From a virus: a stretch of 64,000 nucleotides of DNA. The DNA is taken from positions 35,849 to 99,848 of IMG/VR virus record IMGVR_UViG_3300011115_000949; one strand, written 5' to 3'. A program made the position numbers and the translations under genes. The notes under the pieces are model-generated. The model was given only the letters and a program-made list of their open reading frames with translations. It made no database searches and was not told the DNA's origin. Below, in pieces: positions 31,241 to 40,713 of this stretch; position 1 is the first letter of the stretch; each line of letters begins with the position of its first letter.

Positions 31241-31840
31241 TTATATTATTGGGCAAGTTCCATTAGCACACAATATTTCTGTTACTAATGAATTTACTTT
31301 ATAATACGGATTGATTGGAGATGAATTTAATCCTTCACGCAATGGAGACATAAACGAGCCTGGGTTTGAAGGTGTAGAAACGAAATCCCAACACAATAAT
31401 TCAAAATCGTCTTGTACTTCTAATACTTCACCTACTTGTTTTAAACTACCCATACCACGAGATGAAACACCAACTTTAATACCACTACCAATTAGTGATT
31501 TTAAAATGTTGCCTGACGGGGTAGGTAGTATTTCAATTTTGCCCATAATATTATCTCCATCCCACCAAATGCTATTGATGTTATGTGATACGTTTTTTAA
31601 GTTAACTACTTGAGAATCAGGGTGATCTAATTCACCACAAGCACGTCTTTCTTTAACTAAAGTCATGTACTTGTCGATTTCACGTTTCCATAAATCTTTA
31701 GCATAATAGCGACCGTTACCGTTTTTAACTTCACAGGTAGCTAAAACACCTTCAACTAATGGGTTACCATTCATCTTACCTTCGGTAAGTGAGGCAGGTG
31801 ATACGTTAAAGGGACGAGTTTCTACAAGTAGCGATTTCAT
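31241..31840 (-). CDS. Prohead core protease (T4 gp21-like)
   Basis: NGNGRYY, GELDHP, VSHNI, GVSSRGMGS and WDFVSTPS. Confidence 0.95.
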   Translation of the reverse strand: MKSLLVETRPFNVSPASLTEGKMNGNPLVEGVLATCEVKNGNGRYYAKDLWKREIDKYMTLVKERRACGELDHPDSQVVNLKNVSHNINSIWWDGDNIMGKIEILPTPSGNILKSLIGSGIKVGVSSRGMGSLKQVGEVLEVQDDFELLCWDFVSTPSNPGSFMSPLREGLNSSPINPYYKVNSLVTEILCANGTCPII

Positions 31841-31841
31841 G

Positions 31842-33194
31842 TTATTTTAATTCTTCTTTAATAAGTTTAGCAATTAAAGAACGTACTTTTGATTCTCTTA
31901 ATCCAGTTTCTGTCATTCCTTGAAATGGTATATCTTTATCTGCTTCTAAAGGAAAAGCATAATCCATAATAGTATTGATTTGAGATGAATTTAAATCTGT
32001 GTTCTCAAGATACTTGAGTGCTGCATCTTTACTCATTTTATTTGATTCAATAGCACTTAGATGTTGATCTAAAACATCAGTATTTTCTTTTAATGAACTA
32101 TATGGTGGTAAATCTTTTTCTGTCCAACTTAATCCCAATCCTATTTTAAGTGCTTGTTGTCTCAAAGCTTCTGCTTCTTCTTTTTTTCCGTTATTATATA
32201 ATTTTTTGCCCTCATCATAAAGTTTAATTGCTTTTTTAGCTGTATCTTTATCATGTTTGGAATCTCCATCTGAAGGGTCAGTATCAAAATATGGATTTTC
32301 GCCAGTTACTATTTCTTTTAATTTAATTCTTTTTTCAGCACCCGGTGTTTTCATTTTTTTAACACCAGCAGAGTTTTGTGGTGTTACAGGCATTTCCTTT
32401 ACTTTTTTAGGCATTGAAGTTTTAGCTTCACTGTTACTTAATGTATCTTTAACGTTTGCTTTTACTTTTTCAACGTCAACGTCTAAATCACCATATCCAC
32501 TTGATTTGTGTTTACCTTTTGGTTCTACTGGTTGTTTTAATGATGGTGCTTCGTCTGTAAATCCAACACCTTCAACACCAAACATTCCATCTTTAGTGTA
32601 ATGTAAAGCATCTTTTGCTAAGTTTTTAACAACGATGTCTTTTAATTCATCTACAGTTTTGTCATGGTTTTTAGGATTTTTTAATTCAAGATAAAAACCT
32701 TTCATGATTTCGTTAAAATTAACGTTGTCAGCATTTTTCATGTCTGCGTTATTGTAAGCATTTTTACGATAATCTTCAACTTCTTTAGATACGTTTTTTT
32801 CTGTGGCTTTAACTGATTCGGATAAACCTCTCAAAGGTGGTTCCATTTTCATCGCTATGTCCGCTTCTTCTACTCCAAATTTTTCAGCTACTGCTTTAGT
32901 ACCCATGTTAAGATTTTTTCTATAAAAATCAACAGCTTGTTGAAGTTTTTTCTTATAATCTTCTGTTTCTTCAGCTAATACTTTTTTCCAATCTACAATG
33001 TTGAAACCTTTACTAACAACACCACCAATAGTATTTTCACTGATGATTTGTTTTGATTTTAATACATTTACAGTAGTATCAAAATCTAAAAGGTTAGTAA
33101 TGTGTTGTGGAAACAAGTGACGAGCTTGTTTTAAAAATTGTGCTTTATTTCCCTTACCACCAACGATTGAGTTGTAATGTTCTTGTAGTGTCAT
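31842..33194 (-). CDS. Putative prohead core/internal protein
   Basis: Between portal and protease; many I/L-x-E sites; ends LRESKVRSLIAKLIKEELK. Confidence 0.55.
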   Translation of the reverse strand: MTLQEHYNSIVGGKGNKAQFLKQARHLFPQHITNLLDFDTTVNVLKSKQIISENTIGGVVSKGFNIVDWKKVLAEETEDYKKKLQQAVDFYRKNLNMGTKAVAEKFGVEEADIAMKMEPPLRGLSESVKATEKNVSKEVEDYRKNAYNNADMKNADNVNFNEIMKGFYLELKNPKNHDKTVDELKDIVVKNLAKDALHYTKDGMFGVEGVGFTDEAPSLKQPVEPKGKHKSSGYGDLDVDVEKVKANVKDTLSNSEAKTSMPKKVKEMPVTPQNSAGVKKMKTPGAEKRIKLKEIVTGENPYFDTDPSDGDSKHDKDTAKKAIKLYDEGKKLYNNGKKEEAEALRQQALKIGLGLSWTEKDLPPYSSLKENTDVLDQHLSAIESNKMSKDAALKYLENTDLNSSQINTIMDYAFPLEADKDIPFQGMTETGLRESKVRSLIAKLIKEELK

Positions 33195-33195
33195 A

Positions 33196-33747
33196 TTATT
33201 TTTTATTAAATAATGTTAATAAATTGTTTGCGTTTTTAATCATGTTGTCTAATTGTTCTTTACCAAATTCAGTGCCTGGGAGTTCTTTAGCTGTATTGAA
33301 ATCAGGTTTTTCTTTATATGCCTTTTCAGTTTTAGCTTTGGCTTGTTTTAGTAAAGGTAACAATGTGTTTAATTTATTTTCAATTTCATCATAATCATCA
33401 ATTCGATCTGTGATAAATGATTTTAAATCACCATCTTGTAAATTTAATGAATTGATAAATGAGTCTGTTGATTCTTTTTCTTCTAATTTTTTCTTCCATA
33501 AATCTTTATGGTCAATAGTTTTAGAAGCTTTATGTAATTTTTCTACTGGAACTGGTTTCCAACCCAATTTATAGTAGTAGATGTTTTGAGCACCTTTAGC
33601 TTTTTTATTTGGATTGAATGCTACTGTTGGAGCATAATTAGCACTGTCACCAGTATTAAAATGTCCAGCATCTACACCAGCGCCGGTAGCACTCATTTCC
33701 TTTAATTTAGCACGGATAATTTCTTTTATTTTATCTTTATTATCCAT
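33196..33747 (-). CDS. Putative prohead core/internal protein
   Basis: Starts MDNKDKIKEIIRAKLKE; head operon context. Confidence 0.5.
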   Translation of the reverse strand: MDNKDKIKEIIRAKLKEMSATGAGVDAGHFNTGDSANYAPTVAFNPNKKAKGAQNIYYYKLGWKPVPVEKLHKASKTIDHKDLWKKKLEEKESTDSFINSLNLQDGDLKSFITDRIDDYDEIENKLNTLLPLLKQAKAKTEKAYKEKPDFNTAKELPGTEFGKEQLDNMIKNANNLLTLFNKK

Positions 33748-34594
33748 TTATCTTTTTCAATTCGTCAAGTAAATCACAATACTGTAATAAATTAACCATA
33801 TGATCGTTGTTTACTTTATCGTTTTTACCTAATTCAGCTAAAAGACCAATTGTTTCGGTTAATTTAATTTTAGTAACCTGATCGCTTGTTTTCTTGTTTA
33901 ATTCAAATAAGCGATTTTTAATTTCGATAGTTTTGGAATTATAGAATTCTTTTAATTTTACTGGGTTGTCTTCACAGTTGATGAATTCTTTAAGTATATC
34001 TTTTTTACTAGGACTAAAATTAGCGTATTTGCTGTTAAATTTATCTAATAAAAGTTTGTATGTTAAAATACGAGTACCTTTATCTGCTTTGTTTAATTCT
34101 TCAAAAACCTCTTCTGTTTTATTTTCTTTTTTAGATGTTGTAGAAGTTAAATGTTCTAATACAGCTAATTTATTTGTAATAACTTGTTCGGTTTTTGCTG
34201 CTTTTATTTCCACAGATTCAATCAATGTATATGTAGCAGCTTGAGCTTTGTAATTAGGCAATTTTGTTTTAAAGAATTGTTCTAAATCATAATGATTTTT
34301 AATTTCTTTAATTAAATTGTATTTTTGTCTTTTAAGTGCAGATTTATTTAATTGTTTTGCACTTTCAAGTACAGTGTCAATTACAAGGTTTGCTTTACCT
34401 TCCGTTAAGTTAGTACGTTTGGTTAAGCTTTCATATAACTTATACTCACGACCTAATTCTGTTTTGCTAAAGTATTTTTTTAAAATACCTAAAGCTTCGG
34501 AATTCTTGCCAGATAATGTATCAGCAGTGATTTGTCTGACTAAAAGTTCAAAGAGAATACCGGTGTTTTTAAATTTTGAATGTTTGATTAACAT
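33740..34594 (-). CDS. Hypothetical head-assembly protein downstream of the portal
   Basis: 284-aa helical ORF starting IKHSKFKNTGILFELL, with an ATATTTATAA motif upstream. Confidence 0.55.
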   Translation of the reverse strand: MLIKHSKFKNTGILFELLVRQITADTLSGKNSEALGILKKYFSKTELGREYKLYESLTKRTNLTEGKANLVIDTVLESAKQLNKSALKRQKYNLIKEIKNHYDLEQFFKTKLPNYKAQAATYTLIESVEIKAAKTEQVITNKLAVLEHLTSTTSKKENKTEEVFEELNKADKGTRILTYKLLLDKFNSKYANFSPSKKDILKEFINCEDNPVKLKEFYNSKTIEIKNRLFELNKKTSDQVTKIKLTETIGLLAELGKNDKVNNDHMVNLLQYCDLLDELKKING

Positions 34595-34630
34595 TTAAGT
34601 ATGCTTTTATTATAAATATATCAGGATAGA

Positions 34631-36496
34631 TTAATCTCGCAATTGGTTTTCATCTAGCAACGATTCTTTTGCTTTATCTGATTGAAAGACCAATTTCTTT
34701 TCAATTTCATTTATGAATTGCGAGTTTTTTAATTTAACGTTTTCAGTTAATGCTTTGCTATTAAAATCAGGTTGATCATCTGTTTTAGCTGCCTGGCGAC
34801 CTAATCTATCTCTACCAAAAGCATTATCTTGAGTATTGATATTTGTTACCTTTTCTTCAGGGCGACCTAATTCAACATCTTTATTATATCCTGCTGGTAC
34901 ATTTGCTGGGTCAGAAACCATACGTCCCTTACCATATAGTGCAGCTAAATCATGAGGTGTACCATATGATTTGCCTGTTTCAAGTGGGTCATTACCTTCT
35001 TCAGTTACTTGAGCTAAGCGGAATTTACGTTTAGCATCTTGAAGTATAAGATCTCTATATTCATCATATTGATCTTCACTGAAATGGAATATGTGGTGGT
35101 AAATCCAATCTGTAGGTAAAAGTTGAGCATCCATTATGTTTTTAGCTAAGTCAACTTTTTCTTTCATTAACGCAATACGTTCTTGATCGTATATAATAGA
35201 TGGAGTAGTTAATGATAATTCAAAATTAGTTAACATTTCACCTTTATACCCTTGAACATATAAATGTACTAAAGCAATACGATATAATTCAGATAAAAGT
35301 ATACGTTGAATTCTATCAATTGTACGAGCAAAACGAATATCTTCAGCTGCTAATGTTGCTTTACCAGTTAAATCTTTTTCGTAACCCATAAATGCTTTAG
35401 GTACTTTAAGAGCGGCAAATAGTTTATCTCTTAAATAAACTACATCTTCCATCCCCGTATAATCTAAACCTTTAGTAGTTTCAATTTTAGTAGCACTATC
35501 GTTACCACGAACAGGAATATAAAAATCTTCTAACATGTTTTGCATGTTATATTTTAAGTTATATTCACCTGTTTGTTGATCTACATAAGGTGTTTTTTTC
35601 ATTGTAGCAATAGTCTTCTTCATGAAGTTTTCTACTTCATTTGGAGGAATAGAACCTACATTAATATAAAAAATACGTTTTTCTGGTGCGCGAGAGATCC
35701 TATGAATTAACATAGCATCTTCCATTAATGAATATTGTTTGTATAATTTACGAGCTGGTTCAATATATGAACGTCCGTAAGGTAAATAGTTTACATCTGT
35801 AAGTAAACGGAAATGTGCTATTTCGTAGTTATCAAAATATATTCCTGTTGTGTCAGGACTAAATTGATGTGGCATACTAAACTGTCCGTAACCACCACCT
35901 ACATACCCATCAGGGCTATATTTAAAACGAACAGACATTGGGTTATCCTTATCCCAACCTTCTTGACGTTCCATGTGATATGCAGTGTATGGTAAAACAT
36001 TATATACACCAAATTTTTCTGCAATTTCTAATTTTAAAAAGAAATCACCATATTTGCACATTTGGCGAGTCCAAGACCACAAGTTAAATTCAATATTTAA
36101 TACGTCATAAAACAAGTTATAAAGTATTTTCTGAATGTCTTCGTCTGAGCTGCGGATTTGGAGTACTTCCCCCATTTCGTTTTTTAAAGAACATTCATCA
36201 GCTATAATATCAAGAGCAGATGCTATAATAGCATCGTTGTCCATAACATCATAATCTGAGTATAGTTGTGTTCTTAAGTATTGATAATTTACGTTTAATT
36301 GTTGGCCGTAAAGTGAAGAGGCGTTTGCTGAGTAGATACGGTTGTATCTGTCTAATAACGAATTTGTTTCATATCGACCGCTTCTTTGAATTGAGTCAGT
36401 GTCAATTACTTTAATTTGATTACCACCTTCGTTACGAATAATAACGTCAGTTGAAAATAATCTTTTTAGTCTTGAAAATATACTTACGTCTGCCAT
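34631..36496 (-). CDS. Portal protein (T4 gp20-like)
   Basis: YGRSYIEPARK, LMEDAMLIHRISRAPEKRIFYINVG, MLEDFYIPVRG and LFAALKVP. Confidence 0.95.
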   Translation of the reverse strand: MADVSIFSRLKRLFSTDVIIRNEGGNQIKVIDTDSIQRSGRYETNSLLDRYNRIYSANASSLYGQQLNVNYQYLRTQLYSDYDVMDNDAIIASALDIIADECSLKNEMGEVLQIRSSDEDIQKILYNLFYDVLNIEFNLWSWTRQMCKYGDFFLKLEIAEKFGVYNVLPYTAYHMERQEGWDKDNPMSVRFKYSPDGYVGGGYGQFSMPHQFSPDTTGIYFDNYEIAHFRLLTDVNYLPYGRSYIEPARKLYKQYSLMEDAMLIHRISRAPEKRIFYINVGSIPPNEVENFMKKTIATMKKTPYVDQQTGEYNLKYNMQNMLEDFYIPVRGNDSATKIETTKGLDYTGMEDVVYLRDKLFAALKVPKAFMGYEKDLTGKATLAAEDIRFARTIDRIQRILLSELYRIALVHLYVQGYKGEMLTNFELSLTTPSIIYDQERIALMKEKVDLAKNIMDAQLLPTDWIYHHIFHFSEDQYDEYRDLILQDAKRKFRLAQVTEEGNDPLETGKSYGTPHDLAALYGKGRMVSDPANVPAGYNKDVELGRPEEKVTNINTQDNAFGRDRLGRQAAKTDDQPDFNSKALTENVKLKNSQFINEIEKKLVFQSDKAKESLLDENQLRD

Positions 36497-36504
36497 AGGT
36501 TAAA

Positions 36505-38082
36505 TTATAATAGCCACCCTAAATCTTCGGTATCATTTTCACCAGTTTTCATTACATATGGATTATCCATACCTGATGCAAAATAAGCCCCCTGATATGA
36601 GGATGGTTTTTGTATGTTATTTAAAGTTGCTTTAGTCAATTCTATTCCTTGTTGTCTATATTTTAATGCTGTGTCACGAACATACATAGCAATGCTATAC
36701 GACATTACCATATCATCATTGTACCCAGTTTGTGCTTCCGCTCTACCATTTTTCCAAACAAATACTTTCATTTCTTCTAATAAACGTTTGTCTCTAATGA
36801 GTACACTATGATCTCCAAAATACTCTCTACCTTTATTAATTACTAATGGTCTAGTTCTTAATGACATAGTAAATCCAGGTGTCATTTTGGATGTATCTTC
36901 GTATCTACTAAAATACGAATCAGAATTTGCGATATCACTTTTAGGTGAATAATATAGATTTCTATATCCTCTTTCTTGAATTGAGTCTAATGTAGACCAA
37001 CCAATATTATTGTTTTCAACTATAAGTAATGCTTCATTATATTCAGTAGCTATACCACAAAGTAGATAACCAAATTCTTTAGGTGGTAATTGTCCTTTAT
37101 AAGCTGCTACTTGAGCATTTGTTTCAATATCAAATATATGAAATACAGAAAAATCTTTTCCATCCCCTCTAGCTACGTCAGCTACTACCATATAATTTCT
37201 AGTGTAATCTGGGGATTCCCAAACCCACAAATTTTTATCTACACCTCTTCTTTCTACAGGTTCTGATATTGTAGTAGTTGAATAATATTCTATATGTTCA
37301 GGATAGTATACTACATCACCTGAAGTTGTAAAATCACAGTCACATTCTTGTGCTGCTAATCTTGGGTCGCCTAATAATTCGTCTTGTTTTTTTCTCCAAG
37401 CTTCATCTCGTTCAGGATGAACCATCCAAGGTAATTTAATTGGAAGAAAATCGTTTTCTTGAGCTTCAGCTGAAACCCAGGTTTTGTGGAACCAATTACC
37501 AGTACCAAATGGAGTAGATAATACAATAGCACCACCACCAGTGGCTAATGTTTGTTGAGCAGAGGCCCATATCTCAGCTATGTTTTCAATAAATGCAGCC
37601 TCGTCAACTAACAACAAAGATACTGCTTCAGATCGACCAGCATCGCCTGCTGCTGATACTGCTTTAATTTGAGAGCCGTTTGCTAATTTAAGTGATAGTT
37701 TATTATTTTCAGAAGGTTTTTCTCCTCCTTTAAGCCATGTAGGTAAGTTATCATACATAAATCTTACCTTTGTAACCATGTTTTTAGCAGTTTCTTGTTT
37801 AGTTGCTAAACACAATACGTTTTTATCTTTATGAAATAACATTAACCATAAAGAATACCCAGCACATAATGTTGATATACCTAACTGGCGTGATTTGAGT
37901 ACAATGTTGTATGGATTATCCCTCCATAAACTTAATACTTTACCTTGAAATGGGTACAAGTTAAATATAATTCTACCACGAGTTGGGTGTTGAATGTAAC
38001 AATATTTTTTCATAAAGTGTGCTGGGTCTTTTGCACACTTGATGTATTCTTCTCTGATTATTTGTCTTAAATCTTGACTCAT
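36505..38082 (-). CDS. terL: Terminase large subunit (T4 gp17-like)
   Basis: LKSRQLGIST, LLLVDEAAF, LSTPFG, ADVARGDGKD and NDDMVMS. Start refined to ATG 38082 (ATGA overlap with the upstream stop). Confidence 0.95.
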   Translation of the reverse strand: MSQDLRQIIREEYIKCAKDPAHFMKKYCYIQHPTRGRIIFNLYPFQGKVLSLWRDNPYNIVLKSRQLGISTLCAGYSLWLMLFHKDKNVLCLATKQETAKNMVTKVRFMYDNLPTWLKGGEKPSENNKLSLKLANGSQIKAVSAAGDAGRSEAVSLLLVDEAAFIENIAEIWASAQQTLATGGGAIVLSTPFGTGNWFHKTWVSAEAQENDFLPIKLPWMVHPERDEAWRKKQDELLGDPRLAAQECDCDFTTSGDVVYYPEHIEYYSTTTISEPVERRGVDKNLWVWESPDYTRNYMVVADVARGDGKDFSVFHIFDIETNAQVAAYKGQLPPKEFGYLLCGIATEYNEALLIVENNNIGWSTLDSIQERGYRNLYYSPKSDIANSDSYFSRYEDTSKMTPGFTMSLRTRPLVINKGREYFGDHSVLIRDKRLLEEMKVFVWKNGRAEAQTGYNDDMVMSYSIAMYVRDTALKYRQQGIELTKATLNNIQKPSSYQGAYFASGMDNPYVMKTGENDTEDLGWLL

Positions 38083-38486
38083 ATAGCTAGAAGCAGACTT
38101 AAGATAATGCAAGTTCCTCCTACAATATAGGATACTACTTTAGCACGTTTATGTTTTTTAATATCGTTTTTATATAATTGAATTTCTTCGTCTTTATTGT
38201 CAATAATTTGAGTATAATTTAATTCGTTTTGTTTATACAAATTAATTGATTTATCTTGCGTTTTAATAACAATATCCTGTTTTAAAACAACTTTATCTAA
38301 GACAAGTATAGAATCACGAGTGATTCCAATTTGAGTTTTTAAAAAGTCACGTTCGGTTTTTACTAGTAAAGCGTTTTTTAATGCTATACAAGGAACGCAA
38401 CATTGCTCATCATTTGAAAGCGTCTGTGAATTCGCTAACAACGGACTTAGCATCAAGATTATTAATACGATCGCGTTCTTTATCAT
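38079..38486 (-). CDS. Putative spanin-like component (signal peptide, coiled coil, C-terminal hydrophobic segment)
   Basis: Hydrophobic N- and C-termini; overlaps the upstream TM/coiled-coil gene by 77 bp. Confidence 0.4.
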   Translation of the reverse strand: MIKNAIVLIILMLSPLLANSQTLSNDEQCCVPCIALKNALLVKTERDFLKTQIGITRDSILVLDKVVLKQDIVIKTQDKSINLYKQNELNYTQIIDNKDEEIQLYKNDIKKHKRAKVVSYIVGGTCIILSLLLAI

Positions 38487-38754
38487 GTTTATTTTTATTT
38501 TGTTTACTTTTTTCTTTTAAAACTTCTAATTCTGCTTTATCTTTTTCTATTTCTTCTTTAAATTTTTCAGCTATAGAATTAAGTTCTAAAATTTGGGCTT
38601 GTTTTGCTTTAATATCTAAAGCAAGTGAATCGTTTTGTTGATTTAACTCTTTTAAACGATCTTTAATATTTAACGTTTGTTTATTTTGGAATACAAGTAA
38701 AACAAATAGAATAACTATTACAATATAAGGAATTATATTTTTAAGCTTACTCAT
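38410..38754 (-). CDS. Putative i-spanin-like protein
   Basis: N-terminal TM segment (IIPYIVIVILFVLLVF) followed by a long coiled coil. Confidence 0.5.
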   Translation of the reverse strand: MSKLKNIIPYIVIVILFVLLVFQNKQTLNIKDRLKELNQQNDSLALDIKAKQAQILELNSIAEKFKEEIEKDKAELEVLKEKSKQNKNKHDKERDRINNLDAKSVVSEFTDAFK

Positions 38755-39518
38755 ATGTTTTTTAAAGAATCTCTACCAGCAGCGTTAAATAAAAAATTCA
38801 TTAATGTTGGTGAAAATTTCTTATCCTTTGCTAATTTTAAAATAGCATCAATTTTAGCTTTATCATCTTTATTTTTCTTAACAGATGTTAAAAATCCATT
38901 AAATTTTTTAGTTTCCTCATCTGACAAGTTTTTAAAAGCTTGTGCAAGTTTATCTTTTTCTATTTCTTCTTTACTTTTTGGTTCTTCAGGTACCGATTCT
39001 TCTTCTTCTGGTTTTTCATAGTCGTCTTGCACTTCTACATCAGCATCGTCATCTTCTGGTTCTACTGTTGGTTCAGGTTCAGCTGTTGCTGTCTTAGCTG
39101 GTTTAGCTAAAACTTGAGCAAATGCTAATTTTAAAATATATGGGTTTAATGATGAAGTACTCAATGCTGTTTCTAATTCTTTTTGTGTTAAACCACCTTC
39201 AGATCCTTCAATAGCGGCTATTAAACGACCTTCAATAGTTTCAGGACCATATAATTCTTTAGCTAAAGTTATTTTAGTAGTATCACCTAATCTAATTTTA
39301 TTAACTTTACGATCTTCTTCAAGTTCAGATTCTTCTAATTCTACGTCACCACCGGCATTTAAATTTTTAATAGCATTAGTTTTAGCATCTGCTTTTAATG
39401 TATTAAATTTAGGATCTTTTGTTATTTTTTCTACTGCATCTTTACCGGCATATGTAGTTTCTGTTAATTCATTTATAATTTCTTCACGAATAAATTCGTA
39501 TAGTTCTTTACGTTTCAT
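38751..39518 (-). CDS. Tagged putative internal protein with winged-HTH-like domain
   Basis: MKRKELYEFIREEIINELTE leader; central domain aligns by eye with 40357..40647. Confidence 0.45.
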   Translation of the reverse strand: MKRKELYEFIREEIINELTETTYAGKDAVEKITKDPKFNTLKADAKTNAIKNLNAGGDVELEESELEEDRKVNKIRLGDTTKITLAKELYGPETIEGRLIAAIEGSEGGLTQKELETALSTSSLNPYILKLAFAQVLAKPAKTATAEPEPTVEPEDDDADVEVQDDYEKPEEEESVPEEPKSKEEIEKDKLAQAFKNLSDEETKKFNGFLTSVKKNKDDKAKIDAILKLAKDKKFSPTLMNFLFNAAGRDSLKNI

Positions 39519-39539
39519 TATATGGTTTAGTTATAAATA

Positions 39540-40070
39540 TTACAAACTTAGATAAGATTTGAACTGTTTAATGCGATCCTCGACCGATCCCGATATAATT
39601 CCGAAATTTTTAATATTGATTAAATTTTCAGAAATTAAAGTCCTAATTGTACGTTCAATTTGTTTGCGATATATTGCATCTGTTGTACGAACATTGTTAT
39701 CTTCTATACCAACACCCTCTGATGTTACATGAAATATCCAATCATATTCAGGTATAAAAGTATGAGCATAATGTATAAATGCTGCTTTATGTTCTAATTC
39801 AATTGATTGAGCATTTTCTGTAAACGCCATTACATCAATAACAGTACGATCCGTTATAATGTTTTCTTGAATTAATTCAGAACAACGTTCTGCTAAGAAT
39901 ATAGTTTGACCTTTTAATGTACTATCTGTGTTTAATGGAATACCTAAATCACGTAAATATTTACTACGTTCTGTAGCAAATGTATAGTGACTAAATTCAG
40001 GTAATTCTTTGATAGCATTAACTAATGTAGTTTTTCCTACACTTACTGTTCCACAAAAACCTATTTTCAT
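39540..40070 (-). CDS. P-loop kinase/ATPase (AAA_28, NadR-kinase-like)
   Basis: MKIGFCGTVSVGKTT, IITDRTVID and EDNNVR. Confidence 0.75.
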   Translation of the reverse strand: MKIGFCGTVSVGKTTLVNAIKELPEFSHYTFATERSKYLRDLGIPLNTDSTLKGQTIFLAERCSELIQENIITDRTVIDVMAFTENAQSIELEHKAAFIHYAHTFIPEYDWIFHVTSEGVGIEDNNVRTTDAIYRKQIERTIRTLISENLINIKNFGIISGSVEDRIKQFKSYLSL

Positions 40071-40071
40071 A

Positions 40072-40308
40072 TTAAAATCTTGCTTTAGCCGCTCCTGATT
40101 TATACCATGGTAAACCTGACTCTGCTTTTTTTATTTTTTTATGTTCGTCTTTAGTATATAAAATACCATTTAAATAATACTCTTCTGTACCATCAGGATG
40201 AATTACAGCAGGACCATCTGGGTTGTGTAATTTATTTCCTTTAATGTAACGAACAGTACCGTCTGTTGATTTAAGACGTTTAATTTGAAGTGATGGATCA
40301 ATATTCAT
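40072..40308 (-). CDS. Small protein with a LHxxDGPA beta-hairpin motif
   Basis: KLHNPDGPAVIHPDGTEEYYLNG. Confidence 0.65.
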   Translation of the reverse strand: MNIDPSLQIKRLKSTDGTVRYIKGNKLHNPDGPAVIHPDGTEEYYLNGILYTKDEHKKIKKAESGLPWYKSGAAKARF

Positions 40309-40324
40309 ATAACCTTATTTTGTA

Positions 40325-40356
40325 TAAATGTATAAGTATTTTTCTTGGAAGCCAAA
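40325..40356 (-). promoter_or_regulatory. Bacteroidota-type promoter candidate
   Basis: Sense TTTG-N20-TACATTTA; shares TTTGGCTTCC with the site at 42907-42938. Confidence 0.6.
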
Positions 40357-40647
40357 TTACTCTCCTCCAGATAATACTCCTATTTTTTTAAGACTTTTAA
40401 CTTCAGGTTGAACCATTTTATATTTTTGTTTAATTGTTATTGCAAGATCTGTTGTAGACATACCATCTTTACCGGCGCGCTGCAGTGCATCTATTAATTT
40501 TTCAATCCAGTAACCTTTATAAAGTTGTTTTACTTTATTTGCTTTTTCAGAATTAATAATTGTAATACTTTTAGCGGTACGACCCTGTTTAGCTTCAGCC
40601 ATTTCTTTGGCTACTAGTTCACGAATTAATTTAGATAATTTATCCAT
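40357..40647 (-). CDS. Tagged small winged-HTH-like protein
   Basis: MDKLSKLIRELVAKEMAE leader; GMSTTDLAITI...VQPEVKSLKKIGVL is wHTH-like. Confidence 0.5.
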   Translation of the reverse strand: MDKLSKLIRELVAKEMAEAKQGRTAKSITIINSEKANKVKQLYKGYWIEKLIDALQRAGKDGMSTTDLAITIKQKYKMVQPEVKSLKKIGVLSGGE

Positions 40648-40660
40648 TTTATTATAAATA

Positions 40661-40702
40661 TTAGAATCCTTCGATGAAATCTGGATATTCTTGTTCTTCC
40701 AT
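40661..40702 (-). CDS. Candidate 13-aa micropeptide MEEQEYPDFIEGF
   Basis: ATG..TAA exactly fills the gap between two ATATTTATAA motifs. Confidence 0.35.
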   Translation of the reverse strand: MEEQEYPDFIEGF

Positions 40703-40713
40703 GTTTATAAATA

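Noticed and set aside
38040-38082. Terminase N-terminus LRQIIREEYIKC as a family B tag
   Set aside because: EE..KC..DP..F is the ordinary N-terminal motif of T4-like terminases, so the resemblance is probably coincidental.
39540-40070. NadR-like kinase plus HxGH domain as a complete NAD salvage pathway
   Set aside because: The genes are 16 kb apart, in different promoter classes, and substrate specificity cannot be read from the motifs. This is kept only as a possibility.
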